A stretch of 54,249 nucleotides of DNA, counting the filler, from Bipalium vagum (lineage: Eukaryota), in the NCBI GenBank assembly GCA_037834085.1. It is 3 parts of 3 records of this genome, joined end to end, with 100 filler letters (N's around TTAATTAATTAA, not from the genome) between each part and the next. Parts side by side here need not be neighbours in the genome. Positions count along the whole stretch, not along the records: positions 34,330 to 54,249 come from JBBMKC010264176.1; 2 more parts are not named here. One strand, 5' to 3'. The position numbers and the translations under genes were made by a program. The first letter of the stretch is position 1. The number at the start of each line of letters is the position of its first letter. The notes beneath the pieces are model-generated. The model saw only the letters and a program-made list of their open reading frames with translations. It ran no database searches and had not been told where the DNA came from. Positions 40,761 through 54,249 of this stretch are shown piece by piece.

Positions 40761-41964
40761 TGTAATAAATTTCTTATCGGATATTTTATTATTTTACTTT
40801 AAAATTTCGTTTTTTTTAAAAAAAAATCAGCACTACCTATTTTGTTGGAGTAATTAAGCTCTTTTAAAATTGAATTTAATTTTTAAAATAATTTGAAATT
40901 TAGTAAAAAAAAAAGATAAAAATGAATTTTTTTAGATCATTTTTGAAAATTGTTCAGTATTAGGGTCAAATAATATTTCAAGTGCGTAGTAAAAAATTTA
41001 GATTAGGATTCATTTTGTTGTGTGGTTTGATAAATAATAATGATAAATCTATGTAGCTATTAATTTGTAATACCCTATTTTCATTGGAATTTAATTTCGA
41101 TTATAAATTTTAATATATAACAATTCTCAAATTATCAAAAAATTCGGAAAAAAATCTATATGGTGTATAAAGATAACTTCTGAGGGAGGATGTCATAAAA
41201 ACCTTGCAACTAATCCAAATTCACTAGTATAAACCGAGAAATGACATTAGTCTTATTTTCTGTGATATAGTTTTGTTTGTTTTGAGTTAAGGAATGGGTT
41301 TTTGTCGGAATATACGAAAGGTGGAGGGATTTGGGAAATGCAATCTAGGGTCAAATAAGGTTAAGTTTTTTTTTGGTATGATGAAATAGGAAGGAAGTTG
41401 TGGGATAAACATCTGCGCAGCCGAAGAAGGGGAGGAATTAAGTAAAAAAAAACTTACCAACAGCCCACCCCAACAATGCCGAAGACTGACGATGACAGGA
41501 GAACACAAAAGATGATGGAAATAGAAACTGCAGATAAAAATTAAAAACTATAATGGATTGACAAAGAATTAAGTTTCGTAAAATAAGTTTTTTTTACTGT
41601 TCTTTGCTATGATGCCGGGTTCTTTTGGAACTGGACATAGATTGTGATGAACGGAAACAGACTTCGTAGAAGTCGTATCCTTCGCAACCAGTCGGGAATT
41701 TATCTATACGGTGTTGATTTCATCGTTAACAAAACTCCCTATGTTATCAGCTGCAGAAGTAAAAGTACCAACTCAACAAATGGCCATATTTTATATAATT
41801 CTGTCTTAAAGTATTATTTTAACAAAAACAGTCTCAAATACTAAAATTCAATAAGGTAATTGAGACTGTTTACCATTTCCCGGATCCCTCTCTGAGTAAA
41901 GATGCTCGATCTTTCTTGATAAACTATCTCTAAAACTTTACCTATTCCATGAACTGCAGAGTAA

Positions 41965-42375
41965 TTGATATTATCCTGGATAATCTGTCCTTGTGCTCAA
42001 AAAATTTTCCCAGAGTGTAATATGAGCAAAATATGGGAGTTTTTATTAATAATCATTAAAACCCCGCTAATATCGGGATTTATGAATGACATTATTCAGA
42101 ATGCTGGCAACAGCGAATATCTAGTCTACTCACAACCTTCGAGTACATTAAATGCACTGAATAATCAGATAAATGCCTCAATTGTCATTCTGTCCACCCT
42201 CTTAACTGAATGGATTGCTGACCAACAGGGTAGCGAAAAGATAATGAATTACAGGAAAGCATATAAGTATATACTCATCGACACGCCATTGGTTCCACAG
42301 CGCAACTCCTTCGATCTGCCACCAATGGATTTAATAGATAAGTTACTTCAACTGCGGATTTTAAGGACAACCTGA
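41965..42375 (+). mobile_element. Degenerate retroviral-type integrase core
   Basis: ISGFMNDII...YSQP...NASIVILSTLLTEW resembles the rve helix region, but the catalytic residues are decayed. Confidence 0.35.
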
Positions 42376-43839
42376 ACCAAGACGATAAAAATCAGGGGGG
42401 ACAAGGGTAAGTAAAATTACATCTCTGGGGATAGAAGATGCTTTGAATAGAAATTTTGTCCCACAGATGGTTGACCTGGAAATGGTTGAACGGAAACCTT
42501 AACTTTGACTGTCTCAGTTGATGAGGGATAAAATTGTTACTCAACCTAAGCTGGATATCATTAGCCCAACGCCTATACTTGAGAATGAAAAATCTTAAGC
42601 AATAGAGCCGAGGACTGAAATCACATCGGAACTTTTCGATGAGGAAAACTTAATGGACTTTGTATTTAGTCCGGAGACCCAAAAGCTACATTTTATGCCT
42701 GAGGAGAATCAAAGGACAGAAACGGTGAATTTAAACTCATCGAATACAAAAAATCTAACTCTAAAATCAAATAGGGAGGTTAAAATGGGAAAGAATTATC
42801 CAAAACAGGCTAAAGTTATCAAACAATTGAAACTATGGTCAAGAAAGCCATTGAGTCCTCAGAAATGATGCAGAGTCACTGGAAAATCTTCACGATAAAT
42901 ACCCAGCGACTACCCTTCAATATATTCTCAGAGCAAAAACTCAGACGATGGAATGGAATACTACAGATATCTTACACATTCACAGGTCCAAATGGATGGC
43001 AATTAATGCCCAAACTTTCCCAGACTTGTCAATTCCCGAAGTCTATAAACCCCAAAAGAGACATGGGTATAGGTCAAAAAGAATACTAAAATAATGACTC
43101 CGGACAAAAGAAGAAAGGGAGCTATCATAAATAATGGAATATGGATGCCTTCCGGACGAACCCGATAGTAATGACGGGTTTAAATTGAATGAAATCTTAA
43201 AATTTAAATTAGTAATTTCTAAAAAAAACAAAAAGTATACAAAGAAATTTTCAAGTTTATTAAATATTAAGGAAAATGAATTGTTATTAACACTTAAAAT
43301 ATAGACGATACATGAAATCTTTAAAATTACTGGAAAAATACAATTTGCCAAAATTCAGTATAACAAGACGGTATGATTCTATACATATTTTGAAAGATTA
43401 GAAGTACGGATTAGAAATGGAAATCTTAAAATTGAAAAAAAGATTTCTTAATCTTAAAGAATCAATTTAAGTTTATTTTTAAAAAAAAGGAGTTAAAATT
43501 GTGTCGAAATTGATCCTTTAAATTAAAAAACCCAAATTTAAAAAATCAGTCAAAAAACAAAACTCTACTAACATTTTTAATCCTAAATAAATAAAGTGAC
43601 TATTTCATCTAAAATTAGGCTGGAACCTTCAATTTCAATCCATTTATTTCAGTATGCATTAATTTATTAATATTTTTAAAAAATATTGTATTATATTTAT
43701 CACATGTAACTAATATCCAAGAACGTTCAAAAGTTGCGAGGCGTGGTATGAATGGATGAAAAGTGTCATAAATTTCCAATGAAAATTTTAGTCGGAATAT
43801 GGTCGAAAGCCGCCACCCAGAGTCAATATTTACAAATGG

Positions 43840-44704
43840 CATGTCGCTTTAACAGAAACTGAGAATGTGCAAATTTTTCTGAAGAAACTTATGCGATCTG
43901 TACGCATTAAAGAAATTGTCTAAAAAGTTGAACATTTTATAGTAAAGCCACCTTTGTCACTTGGATATGCATCAACAGAACTTATACTAGGTCAGAATAC
44001 ACAGAATAAAACTCGATTTGCATGGGCACATTCACAAAATTTAAATTCTCCAAACGCTAACCAAAAAAGATAAAGTTAATCGAGAACAATATGCTTCAGA
44101 TGAAGGTCAGAATGGAAGATAATGAAACTCATGTTGAAAATCAGCTGTTTTCTGATGACACAAACTTTTATACGGATGGTAACGTTAATTGTTATAATCG
44201 TTGCCACTGGTCACCTCCATATAGTTTACTGAAAAGAGTTGAAATGCTGAAAAAATATCTAGCATTAATAAATTATGGCATGAAAAACAATATCATTTTG
44301 AAGCAAGGTATTGTATGCCCTAATGGGGAGAAAGTAGTGCACTATTGGTTATTTCAGAAGTTTCCAAATCGTTGGATTGGCAGATGTTTCATTGGATTTA
44401 ACGCTCTGTGATTTCTTTCTATGGGGTTTTCTTAAATGCAAACTGAGTCAATAGATAAAGAGTTTAAAGGATAAATAGCTTGACGTATCAAAACCAAATT
44501 ATTCCCGAAAAGAGAACAATTTTTTTGATCAAATATCGGAAATGCTTGTCCCAAGTTGATGAAAAAGGTGGGGATAATGTTATGGTTTCTGGCTAATGAA
44601 ATATTTGTGTTGTGTTTAAAAATATATATTTTGAAACATTTGAACAAAAATAAAAATTTACAGAAGCTGACAAAGTTGTATATAGATTAGTGAGACAACC
44701 GGTA
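43840..44704 (+). mobile_element. Decayed rosa/maT-like Tc1-mariner element
   Basis: FSDDTNFYTDGNVNCYNRCHWS, KFPNRWIGR; TIR end GAGACAACCGGTA. Confidence 0.75.
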
Positions 44705-45244
44705 CATATCTGTTCTGGGTTTAAAGTATCGTGTAGGTAATGAGGTTTTCTTTAGACTCAAGTTGTATTTTACTTTCTACATTTGATTTGTACGCAAACA
44801 ATATCAAATCCTTTGTTTTTAACCTTTGATTTACTTATCACTATTAACAATAATCGATAAGCTAAAATCTGATTTAATTGCTTACACACAACTAATAAAA
44901 AACAACATAACAACTAAGGGGATTTACTATGACCAGAATGTATTTTTAATATAACAATTACAAATTGACTAATATGTAATGATTATGGAAGCAGATGATC
45001 GCAAGAATTAATATTGAATTTCATAGTACAATACAGGTTCAGATTGATTTTTATCATGAATATGACTGCTTTTGTAGTGTTATTTGATCGGAGATTTGTA
45101 ATCCACCACGAATAAATTGTTTTTAATATTAAGATACCAGATATTTGACGTATTCTATAAATATTTAAGTAATTTGATAATTATGATTTCTTTGGTTAGA
45201 TAATGTATAAGATTTAGTTAAACATAAGTCAATGATTTCTAAAT

Positions 45245-46144
45245 CTATTGATTGTTTGAGGAATTAGATGATTGGTAGACGGTTGAAGCTATATCTGGTG
45301 AGTACGGTGGGTGCTGCATTACTTCCCATCCGAAGGTGTTCAGCTTGAGTCTTGTCTGCAAAGCTGAATGCGGTTTAGTGTTGTCATGGTGAAAGGCAAC
45401 ATTTTTCCTATTAGTTAATTCTGGAAGTTTCTGCTGCACGATCTTTTTCAGTTCTTCAATTTGAGCACAGTACTTGGTGGAATTAATAATCTGACATTTA
45501 ACGTTTGCATGTTTAACGTTTTCATAACGAATCCATTTCTCTTCTCCAGTTATTAATCTCTTCAGAATTCAGTGAATTCGTTTTTTACCAGAGATTCACA
45601 TATTGCAACTAGTTCCAAAATGTTCTTTTCTGATAAATGATGAGAAATACAAGTATTTAGGTTTGTATAACTCCAGCACTTTTTAAACCCTTTGAAACTG
45701 TTGAATGTTCAACTTTCAGGGATTGTGCTATTTCTCGTGTTGAGATATATTGATCCGATTTTATTTGAGCCAAGATTTGGTCGTCAGAAATGGTAAAAGG
45801 GAGACCATATTGGAGGTTATCTTTGTCAACCAAAACTAACATAGCGTTTAGCTGATTTCCCCATACACTGTAAATATTTCATTTTTCGCTTCTGACACTT
45901 TCACTTCTTTATTGTAAAAAAACAATAAAACGTGTCGGAAATGCTCTCATAGTCTTCAATTAGATTAGATTTATCCATTCAAAAAATAATGTAAATTGAA
46001 AATTTTTGTCATGCAATTAAATTACCTCCAAATATTATATATAATGATATTATTTTTAAAAAAAGTTAATAATAACTGTATTATATAATTTTCATTTCAC
46101 CTTAATAGTCAAAAATGACGCAAAACTTAATTTACAACCCAATA
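45245..46144 (-). mobile_element. Decayed mariner with 5' TIR
   Basis: TATTGGGTTGTAAATTAAG TIR; STREIAQSLKV, LITGEEKW, FHHDNTKPH, HPPYSPDIA. Confidence 0.9.
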
Positions 46145-47604
46145 GAAAGATGAGTGACCAACAAAAGTAACTTAACCTAATGGTATATGAGACGTATTTA
46201 TATCATTTTCTGGATAGTCGAGCGAACTTTTGAAGTAATCAGAGATGTTTTCAGATCCGTATGACTGGACTGTCATTAGATATAAACAAGTTAATCTTAT
46301 ACCAACCCAGGAGTAAAAATAGCCTTATGATAAGTTTATTGCAGACGACTGTGTACCAGTCACTTTCTGTCGGTAAGGGGACATATACTGAAGGTGGCTT
46401 TGCCGTGAACACGATTTATCAAAGCGACCACCAGCTTAGAATTGAAGCCCCACTATTCCAATCTCATTATTCAGTTTTGAGTCATTGTCTCTATCGGTAT
46501 TATCCATTGGTGAAATCATCGGGATCGTGATTCAGCACTATAATGTTGTTGGATTAACCAAATGTATATTCATTTAACCCTTCGAATTTTAAAAACTCTA
46601 TAAGATCTAAAATAATATAATAATAAATTAATTATAAATACCGCATAATGGTCTGGAATAGTATAATAATAATTACAAAAATAATAATTAAATAATAATA
46701 TTTTTTTATCTTTGATGATCCCATCTTGACAATGTCGAATTTCAAAATCCCAAGGTTAGATAAGGGTTCGCTATTAGGGACCAATTTAACAATAAGTGTC
46801 TAAAAGGGAATTAATATTAAGAATACTGGTCTACAAATAAGTAATCGTCTGATCAGAATAAAAAGCACTGGAGTACTATATGTATTTCCACAGAAACTCT
46901 TCAGATTTTTGATTATAAGGAAAGCGTTGCACATCAGCAGAATCAATTAATTCATTTACATCGGAAGAACGAATTTATTTATCGAAAGAAAATTGGTAGT
47001 AAATATTTCTTGTCTATTTTTATGTGACAGGTGACAAAGATGGGTCCTGAGCTCTTAGGGCGTTTATGAACATACAAGTTCCTCCTCATCAAGCGTACCT
47101 AGTATCCTATCGTCTCTGAATCCACTGTCTTTAAAAGCTGTGAAAGTTTTAATACTTTGTTTTTGACTGTTTAAACCAAATTTTACTTATTGATTATTAG
47201 TATTATTGGATTTTACTTAATTTTCCCATTTGATTCAATTTTATATTATATTTATTGATTGTTAATTTAAAATTTTATAATTAAGTCATACATCATCTAT
47301 CGCAAATAGTCTTAATTTATCATGGAGTATTGATAATAAGTAATAAAATCTCCATAAGCTGATTTCTGGAATACAAATAAATATTAAAGTGCACTCTTTC
47401 TGATCTTTCCCACTCGAGAATCATTTAAAATTTCAATAGGTATTTTCACTAATAGGCTTTCTAAACTTCTTTAAATCAAGAAATTCTTATTATTTTAAAT
47501 GTGAGGGTTGCACTAAAGTCCTTTATTAACTATCTTTATTATTTAAATAATTATTCGTATTATAAAAATATTATTTTTACTATAAATTATAATAAAATTT
47601 TAGA

Positions 47605-49714
47605 TGTAGCGTCAAACCCAGATGTAAGAGATAGGACAGGACCTCGTAAATGTCTTTTACAAACGGGGTTAGTCATTCATATTAGTTATAAAATATTAGC
47701 AAGTAGTTTACCGTTAAATTATCAATAGTTATTGCCATTCTTACATATCGACATGGTATATTAATAAAAATATTTTGTTCGTATCACATAAAGTAAGACA
47801 ATTAAATGACAAAGAATATTGAATTCACTAAAAACATTAATTTTTTAATAAAATCTGGAATTTTTAATTGATTGATAGGCATAACTTGCATGTGCTGCAG
47901 AAGTTCTTGCTCAATATGTAACAATTTTACACGATCACTGAATTTTGAATCATAGTATTGACGCAGAGTTTTCAGAGCAATCACGTCGACTACAATTGTG
48001 AATGACAAAAAATTCTTTCTCATCAGTCCCCTCATTATTTTCAATACTTGAGGCGTTTATCACTTCATTTATGATCTCAATGTTTGTCAAATCACCATAG
48101 CAAAGTATCTCATCGTCCATTTCATCCATTCTTTCAATTCATTTTTTGTCAACCATTAATTTTGACCGCAACTTCTCTGACACATGGAAGTTTTTCGTTA
48201 CCTTCACATTTAAAGCCGGCTTTAAGAAAACAGTTTCTGCTCTTAATTGTGATAATTCATATTTCAGCATATTTAGAGTTGTCAAGATTGTGATATTTTT
48301 GTAGAAATCATTAATGGTTTTACCCTCTTCCAAGCTGACGAGCTTTTTGCGCATGAATTGTTGCCGGTAGTATACTTTGATGTTGGTATGTTGATGATTC
48401 TCTGATCCAGAGAAGTAGTGTTTGGGGGGGGGAGAAAAATGAGGCAAACATTAGATAGATTTATATTCACCAACTTATGGCATGCAGCATTTTTTGCCAA
48501 AAAAGAACATACCGTTGTTGTCGTTGAAGTCCAGTAGGATATTAGTCCACAACTTACTGACCCACGCCTTCCTGTTGCTGTAGTATGGTAAAGTCAAGCT
48601 AACCAAGTTCTTGAATGAGCGAGGCTTAACACATTTTCCAATAACAATAAACCTCTCCTTCTGTTGCTTCCCTCCGGATGGATGCTCACCTCGCACAGCT
48701 AAAGTATCTCAAGTTACGGCTTTAAAGAATAGTGAGGTTTCATCAGCATTGTATCGGTCTTTCTTTTCATAACTCGCTAGGACTGTTGGCAGAGCATTGG
48801 TGATCCAATCTTTTGCCATCTCAGCGTTAGCACTACAACAGGGAAGATTATATATATTTATTTGTAATGTTTTACCTTGTATTGTATGAAATGTTACATT
48901 TTCATTTTCTTTCCACTGCTGCAGTCAAATTTGAGATTCAAGGACATAACAAGTTAGGTGGCTTTCTCCATCAGGATAGGACCCGAAATGTTGGAATTTT
49001 TGGCACATATTTTCTGAAACCAAATGGATAGCATATTGTTTAATGAATCGTAGGAGCTCGACTTGTTTGTCTAGGATTTCAAATTGTTTATTCTTTTTGT
49101 TGATTCTTTATTTTGTGTAATGTTGACAATCCTATTCCAAAGCGAGTAAGAATCAATTTTATCTTTCACTACTTGAAGGACCTTAATTTTTTTTGTCTTT
49201 CAAGGAGAGAGCCTTGCGTTTTTAGGTGATACTGGCGGAACAATTTGAAAAAATTATTTGAATTTCAATTAAGTTATAAATGCTAATATTATTAAAACAA
49301 TGTCATGCTAATGTAATCAAAATCCTTACTTTAAATTTAAAACTTTATGCATTTAGTTATTTATAATTTTCAATTCAACAGCTCAATTTTTTTATATTTG
49401 TTGTCTAAATAATATCAATTTTTAAGTTATAATTTTAACCATATGAAAGAAATACATACATTGTTTTATTATATAAATTCTTTAAAATAATAATTTCTTT
49501 GTGTAGTGAAAAATTATTAACCGAATTGGGTGAATTTATAATTATCTCTTACATGCAGGTAAAATTCTTTACAAAATCATTATTAGTACAAATAACTTAT
49601 GGTCTTATACATGGTTTTCTCTTACAAAAGGCTTGCTCGCTATGGAAATATATACCTTAGAACCTAGTAGAATATCTCTTAAATGTGGGTATCTGACACT
49701 CGGGTTTGATTGTA
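47605..49714 (-). mobile_element. Near full-length decayed pogo/Tigger element
   Basis: KRKALSLKDK, NADETSLF, GGKQQKER, YYSNRKAW, FLPPPNTTS; similar TCAAACCC-containing inverted termini near 47605 and 49714. Confidence 0.85.
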
Positions 49715-49719
49715 ATTAT

Positions 49720-50151
49720 ATAAATATTTGTCCCGTTTTCACTTCTATTTTGACAACATTAAGGTTATTTTTGCCATTGTAAAGGTCTATTTTGAAAACA
49801 TATTAGTTACGTCATGTATATGTACATTAAGTTTAAAAAAATCAAAAACTTCAAACAGAAATACATTTATTCATTATTAATTTCCTTGTTCAAACATCTT
49901 GGTATATATGAAGCAATATTGCGATAGAAATCGGAGTAATTTTCACTTGTAATAAGCCTTGATCCATTCTTTATAAGTTCCATTAAAGATTCTTCATTTT
50001 CTAGTCTCTCTCTTTGTACTAATTCCTTCCACTTTAAAAATAAATTTTCAATGGGGTTTAAAAAAGGTGAGTATGGAGGTAAAAATAATAGACTAAAACT
50101 GTTTTTCTGTACCAATTTCCTTTGTTTGTATTTTTTTTTAGAAAGAAACAT
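49720..50151 (-). mobile_element. Tc1/IS630-like transposase 3' fragment
   Basis: LLFLPPYSPFLNPIENLFLKWK. Confidence 0.85.
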
Positions 50152-50269
50152 TGTCTATTATTAAAATCGATTTCGTTTATATATTTTTTAAATCAAAGAA
50201 AGTAGTTTTTTATATATTAAAAAAGTCACCATTAAAAAGTCACGAGTTTGAACAGCATAATAAAATAAA

Positions 50270-50741
50270 AATTCCCTATTCATTGCACTGCAAACAGATA
50301 TGTTTCTTAGACGAATTTTTTGAATCAAGGCGAGATTTAGAGGATTATTTAGTTATTGATAATGGTTCCATAAGTTATGGGGATTGAAGAAAATGAGAAT
50401 AATTATGGTTCATCCGAAATTGCTGTATTAGAACCATTGGATAAAACGAATGAGATTGAAATTGGTGATGTTTTAGAAGCTTTAAAAATAGTTAAGAAAT
50501 ACTATTTTACAGAAAGTTACAATGAAGTTATTTATATCAACTTACTTAACGTTGAGAATGATCTCAGAGATAGACTTTTCAAGAAAAATTGATCCAGAGA
50601 AAAATTATGGAATATTTTAATTTGAAATAAAATTTAATTATAACAGTATTTTATTAGTGTTTTGTTTTAATGATTATATAGTTTAAACAGAATAAACTTT
50701 TGTAGTCCCAGTTTTGTTCTGTTTAAGCAGGTTATACTGTA
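50270..50741 (+). mobile_element. pogo/Tigger 3' end
   Basis: Acidic C-terminus with EALKIVKKY and QRKIMEYF; ends in ACTG-TA. Confidence 0.65.
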
Positions 50742-50744
50742 TTA

Positions 50745-51260
50745 TGCACTCGTTTGAAGGTACAATTAAAATCTGATATAACATTGTTGATTGTAGTCTT
50801 TGAAACCGTTACATTGAATTCTTTCAAACATTTATCAGCAATTTTTATTAAAAAGATCGAACAATCTTCATCAATCTATTCTTTAATAATATTTTGTTAG
50901 TTTCGTTTACCCCGGAATGCAGATTAATTTTGTAACCAAAATCGATCTCGAAGGGTAAGAATTTGGTGGAACTCTGTCGAGTCGCATTGATACTAGTTTC
51001 TATTCTTGGCAATAGATTCTGTCAGTTCCTTTCTTCACTACCTCCTTTCAGAGCTTTCAGTCGTCCTCGTATCTCGTATGATGCGTATCACTATTTCCAC
51101 TAGTCAATTGGATTGATGTTAGTAAGAAGAGCTCAATTCATGCTTTATCCCCAGGTCTATCCACTTCTTTTGCAACCAAAAACTTTTAAAGTTTTTTCCT
51201 CCGTCCGTTAATATGCTCTTTGATATGCCAAATTTGTAGATCTAATTGTTCATGACCGAC
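50745..51260 (-). mobile_element. Ty3/gypsy integrase fragment
   Basis: ILTDGGKNF, LGIKHELSSSY*HQSN*LVE, INATRQSSTKFLPFEIDFG. Confidence 0.8.
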
Positions 51261-52504
51261 TTGAATATTGACTGATAATTGACACTTAGAAATATTAATG
51301 GTTTAAAGTAGAAATTTTTTATTATTATTTAATATAAAATTAGGTACCAATAAAGTAAATGTTAAATAATTTTCTTAGATCCAACGATACATTTGACCAA
51401 TGGAAGATATAATTTTTTTGGTTCAAGGTCTAGAAAATTACTGTACATCGTATAATTAGAACTAACCCGAACCGATTTTCATGATAATACAGTTTTCGTT
51501 AGCAAATATCATTAGGCGATTGAGACCAATAGGTCTTCGTAAAAATATGCATAAATAGGTTTAATGTTGTGAAGTATATAAGTAACACGCGGCAAGACTA
51601 AACTATCGTAAGAAGAGTGCTAGTCTTGATAATCACTTTGCCTAACTTTCTAAACAATTTTTATTGAAAAGTTTACCGACTCGGATGTCAGATACACAGT
51701 TTCTAAGCGGATATATCCTGAAGAGGTCTTTGTCCTGAACAATTTATTCGAAAGCAACTATCAGCCTTGAATGAGAGTCCACGATTCCGAACACAATAGC
51801 CTGTTTTGGATCACTGCCTCTACCGGCAACATCCATCGAAGAAATCATCGGGACAGTGACTCTACATAAATAACGACAATGAAAATAATAATAGAAATAA
51901 GAATTTTGAAGCATACCACCATCCTTGTACAAATCGATTTATTGTAATTGTTAAAAAGAAATTTTTGTGAAAACCGCAATTTTTATATTTATTATTTGGA
52001 TTATACTATTTATTATTATATTTTATTATTATATTATTTATTATTTATATTGGGTAATTAGATCTTTGGTAGATGTATCCTCCTTTGAAACTTATTAATT
52101 ACTTAGAATTATTTAAATCTGACATAATAACCCAGACTATTCATCGAGTGGTTTACATCTCGACAATGGAAAATTAAGCTATTGAATTACAAAGTCCTGT
52201 GTCAATACAAAAGGGATTCCATATTCCTCAAATCAGTAAAAATTAACCTTCGACAAATCCGGTCTCAATGATCCAGCTCGACGGGATAAAATGCCAAATG
52301 CCACAGAATCGTTGGGGCTCTCAGATAATATATTAGTGGTCTTGATAGGTTGAGGGGGGAATAGGTCCATAGAGGGCCAAATTTCCCAGATTTTCAGAAT
52401 TAAAGAAACATAAATAAGACAGTTAAATCAAATTTCAACCGAAAAGTTATTTTTTCATAAATATATTTAAATAATATTTATAAACTTAAGACTTAATAAT
52501 CCTT

Positions 52505-52506
<2 letters not shown>

Positions 52507-52585
<79 letters not shown>
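52507..52585. repeat. (ATT)n microsatellite
   Basis: Directly visible. Confidence 0.95.
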
Positions 52586-52586
<1 letters not shown>

Positions 52587-52700
52587 GGGGTTGTGAAATT
52601 AAATTGGTTATATATCGGGGTTGTCAGATTTAGTTGGTTGTATAATGGGGTTGTCAGATTTAACTGGTTGTGTGACGGGGTTGTGAGATTTAATTTGTCC
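52586..52700. repeat. 30-bp minisatellite x ~4 (GGGGTTGT-led units)
   Basis: Units start at 52586, 52616, 52646 and 52676. Confidence 0.9.
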
Positions 52701-54121
52701 AATTTGTCTTTTTAAAGTTATATTTAATTAACTTATTACTTATCTAAAGTTTCACATAAATTTTTTTTCTTAAATTGTTAAATATTCTGTAAAGTACATC
52801 CATTGAACCGTGAATTAAATAAGTCATTATTTGTAAATTAATTTTTAAGATGACTGAAAAATGATAATTAATTATAAAATTAGATAAATATTATTGTTAT
52901 TATTATTATTATTTATAATTTTATTTTTTTAAAGAAGATTTTAGTTATAATTGTATAGTTATAAAAGAAAAATTAAGATTGAGATCTAGGATATAAAAAT
53001 CAAAAAAATGAACATTATTTGAGATCAAATTTAAAATATTAAAATATTTAAAAATTATTATATTCTTTTTTATAATTCTAAATGGTAATTTAAACTTTAA
53101 TTTTGCCAATGTTAAATATCATATATATTAAAGAAAATAAATATTTTATTTTTCCCCTCTAAAATTTTAAAGTTTTGTAAGGTTTATATTTTTTAAAAAA
53201 TATTTAAAATTTTTTATAATGGATGCTGAGTGATCTTTATGCTATTTATAATGTTAGATTTTTTAAAAAATAATTATTGTCCTTATTATTTCTATTCTTT
53301 ATAAGAATAAATTTTCATTGTGATAATAATACCAATTATTGGTTTATTGAACCAACGAACTTAGTGAAGTATGAAAAAATTTAAAGTTCTACCATAATTA
53401 TTATTAAAATTGAATAAAGAATTGAAAGAATTTTCTGTTTACTTATTATCACAAAAGCTAAGGCCCTTTTAATAATTATTTACCTATTCCGTATCATGAA
53501 ACGTTAAGTTGACAGTCCCAGCATAAAATTACGAGTCAGGGAAAGTTTTAATCGCGAAAGATCGTTTATTGAAAAAGAAAAATAAGAGATGGAGATTAAT
53601 TGATTATTGCCTTTACTTACCACTTTGAAAATGAAATGTAATTTGCCAAATAGTCAAATTAAAACTATTAAACATTTTATGTTTAATTGTATGACCCAAT
53701 GTTTATAAAACTAAAATAAAACCAGTGCTAAACTACTACACAAAAGTCATTGTCAACGACGCAGTTTTAGAAAGATAAAAAAAATATTATGACCCTCTGC
53801 TGCCAAAGTTACAATTTTCTCATTAAATCAGTTTTTTTCTCAGGATGATGTTTGGTGATGTTAATCAGAACAATACACCTTAAAACCCTTTTGAACTCAT
53901 GTAGCCAAAATTATTTGATTAGAAAATGATATAATATTTGGTATTCTACTTGATTTATTTTACATCATTAATCTTTAAAAGTTCATGTTGTAAATTAAAC
54001 ATTCATCATCGATTTAAATATTAATAACAAAGGGTTTTCATGGACCATGAGATAATTTTTAATTTGTACTTTTTCAATTTTTGGTTCCAATCACCTTATT
54101 AAGATGGATTCTTTCAGAGAC

Positions 54122-54249
54122 GTGAGGTTGGTGCATATGAAATTTCATTTTTTATAATAGTTTTTAGCTATATATACAGGGTGTCCCAAAAGTCAGTGGT
54201 AATTTGAATGTTTTATAATTTTTTGAAAATTTGATTTAATTGAAATTTC
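54122..54249 (+). mobile_element. Two Tc1/mariner-type 5' TIR starts
   Basis: GAGGTTGGTGCATATGAAAT near 54124 and TA-CAGGGTGTCCCAAAA near 54175. Confidence 0.55.

Noticed and set aside
52586-52700. CRISPR-like array
   Set aside because: Units are homologous along their length, have no unique spacers, and there are no cas genes; the context is eukaryotic.

Overview
AT-rich, transposon-rich eukaryotic DNA, probably from an invertebrate animal. It is not one continuous locus: two identical 100-bp artificial linkers (N44-TTAATTAATTAA-N44) join three contigs (1-16032, 16133-34229, 34330-54249). Three protein genes can be rebuilt by hand from GT-AG exons. (1) A complete 5-exon, 201-aa divergent Rab-like GTPase on the minus strand. 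(2) A SERCA-type P2A Ca2+-ATPase on the plus strand, lacking its first ~70 codons. (3) A 2-exon RPL18. The rest is mostly decayed mariner, Tc1, pogo/Tigger and Ty3/gypsy fragments, microsatellites and a possible Polinton remnant. The main finding is in SERCA, which the ORF track misses: two tandem 134-nt paralogous exons for the luminal L7-8 loop plus M8 that can only be used one at a time. Their flanking introns carry a 22-bp G·U-containing stem and related motifs, resembling a competing selector/docking RNA switch. The gene also has a read-through (SERCA2b-like) tail and several candidate alternative terminal exons. All of this was read by eye; no alignment, folding or database search was run.
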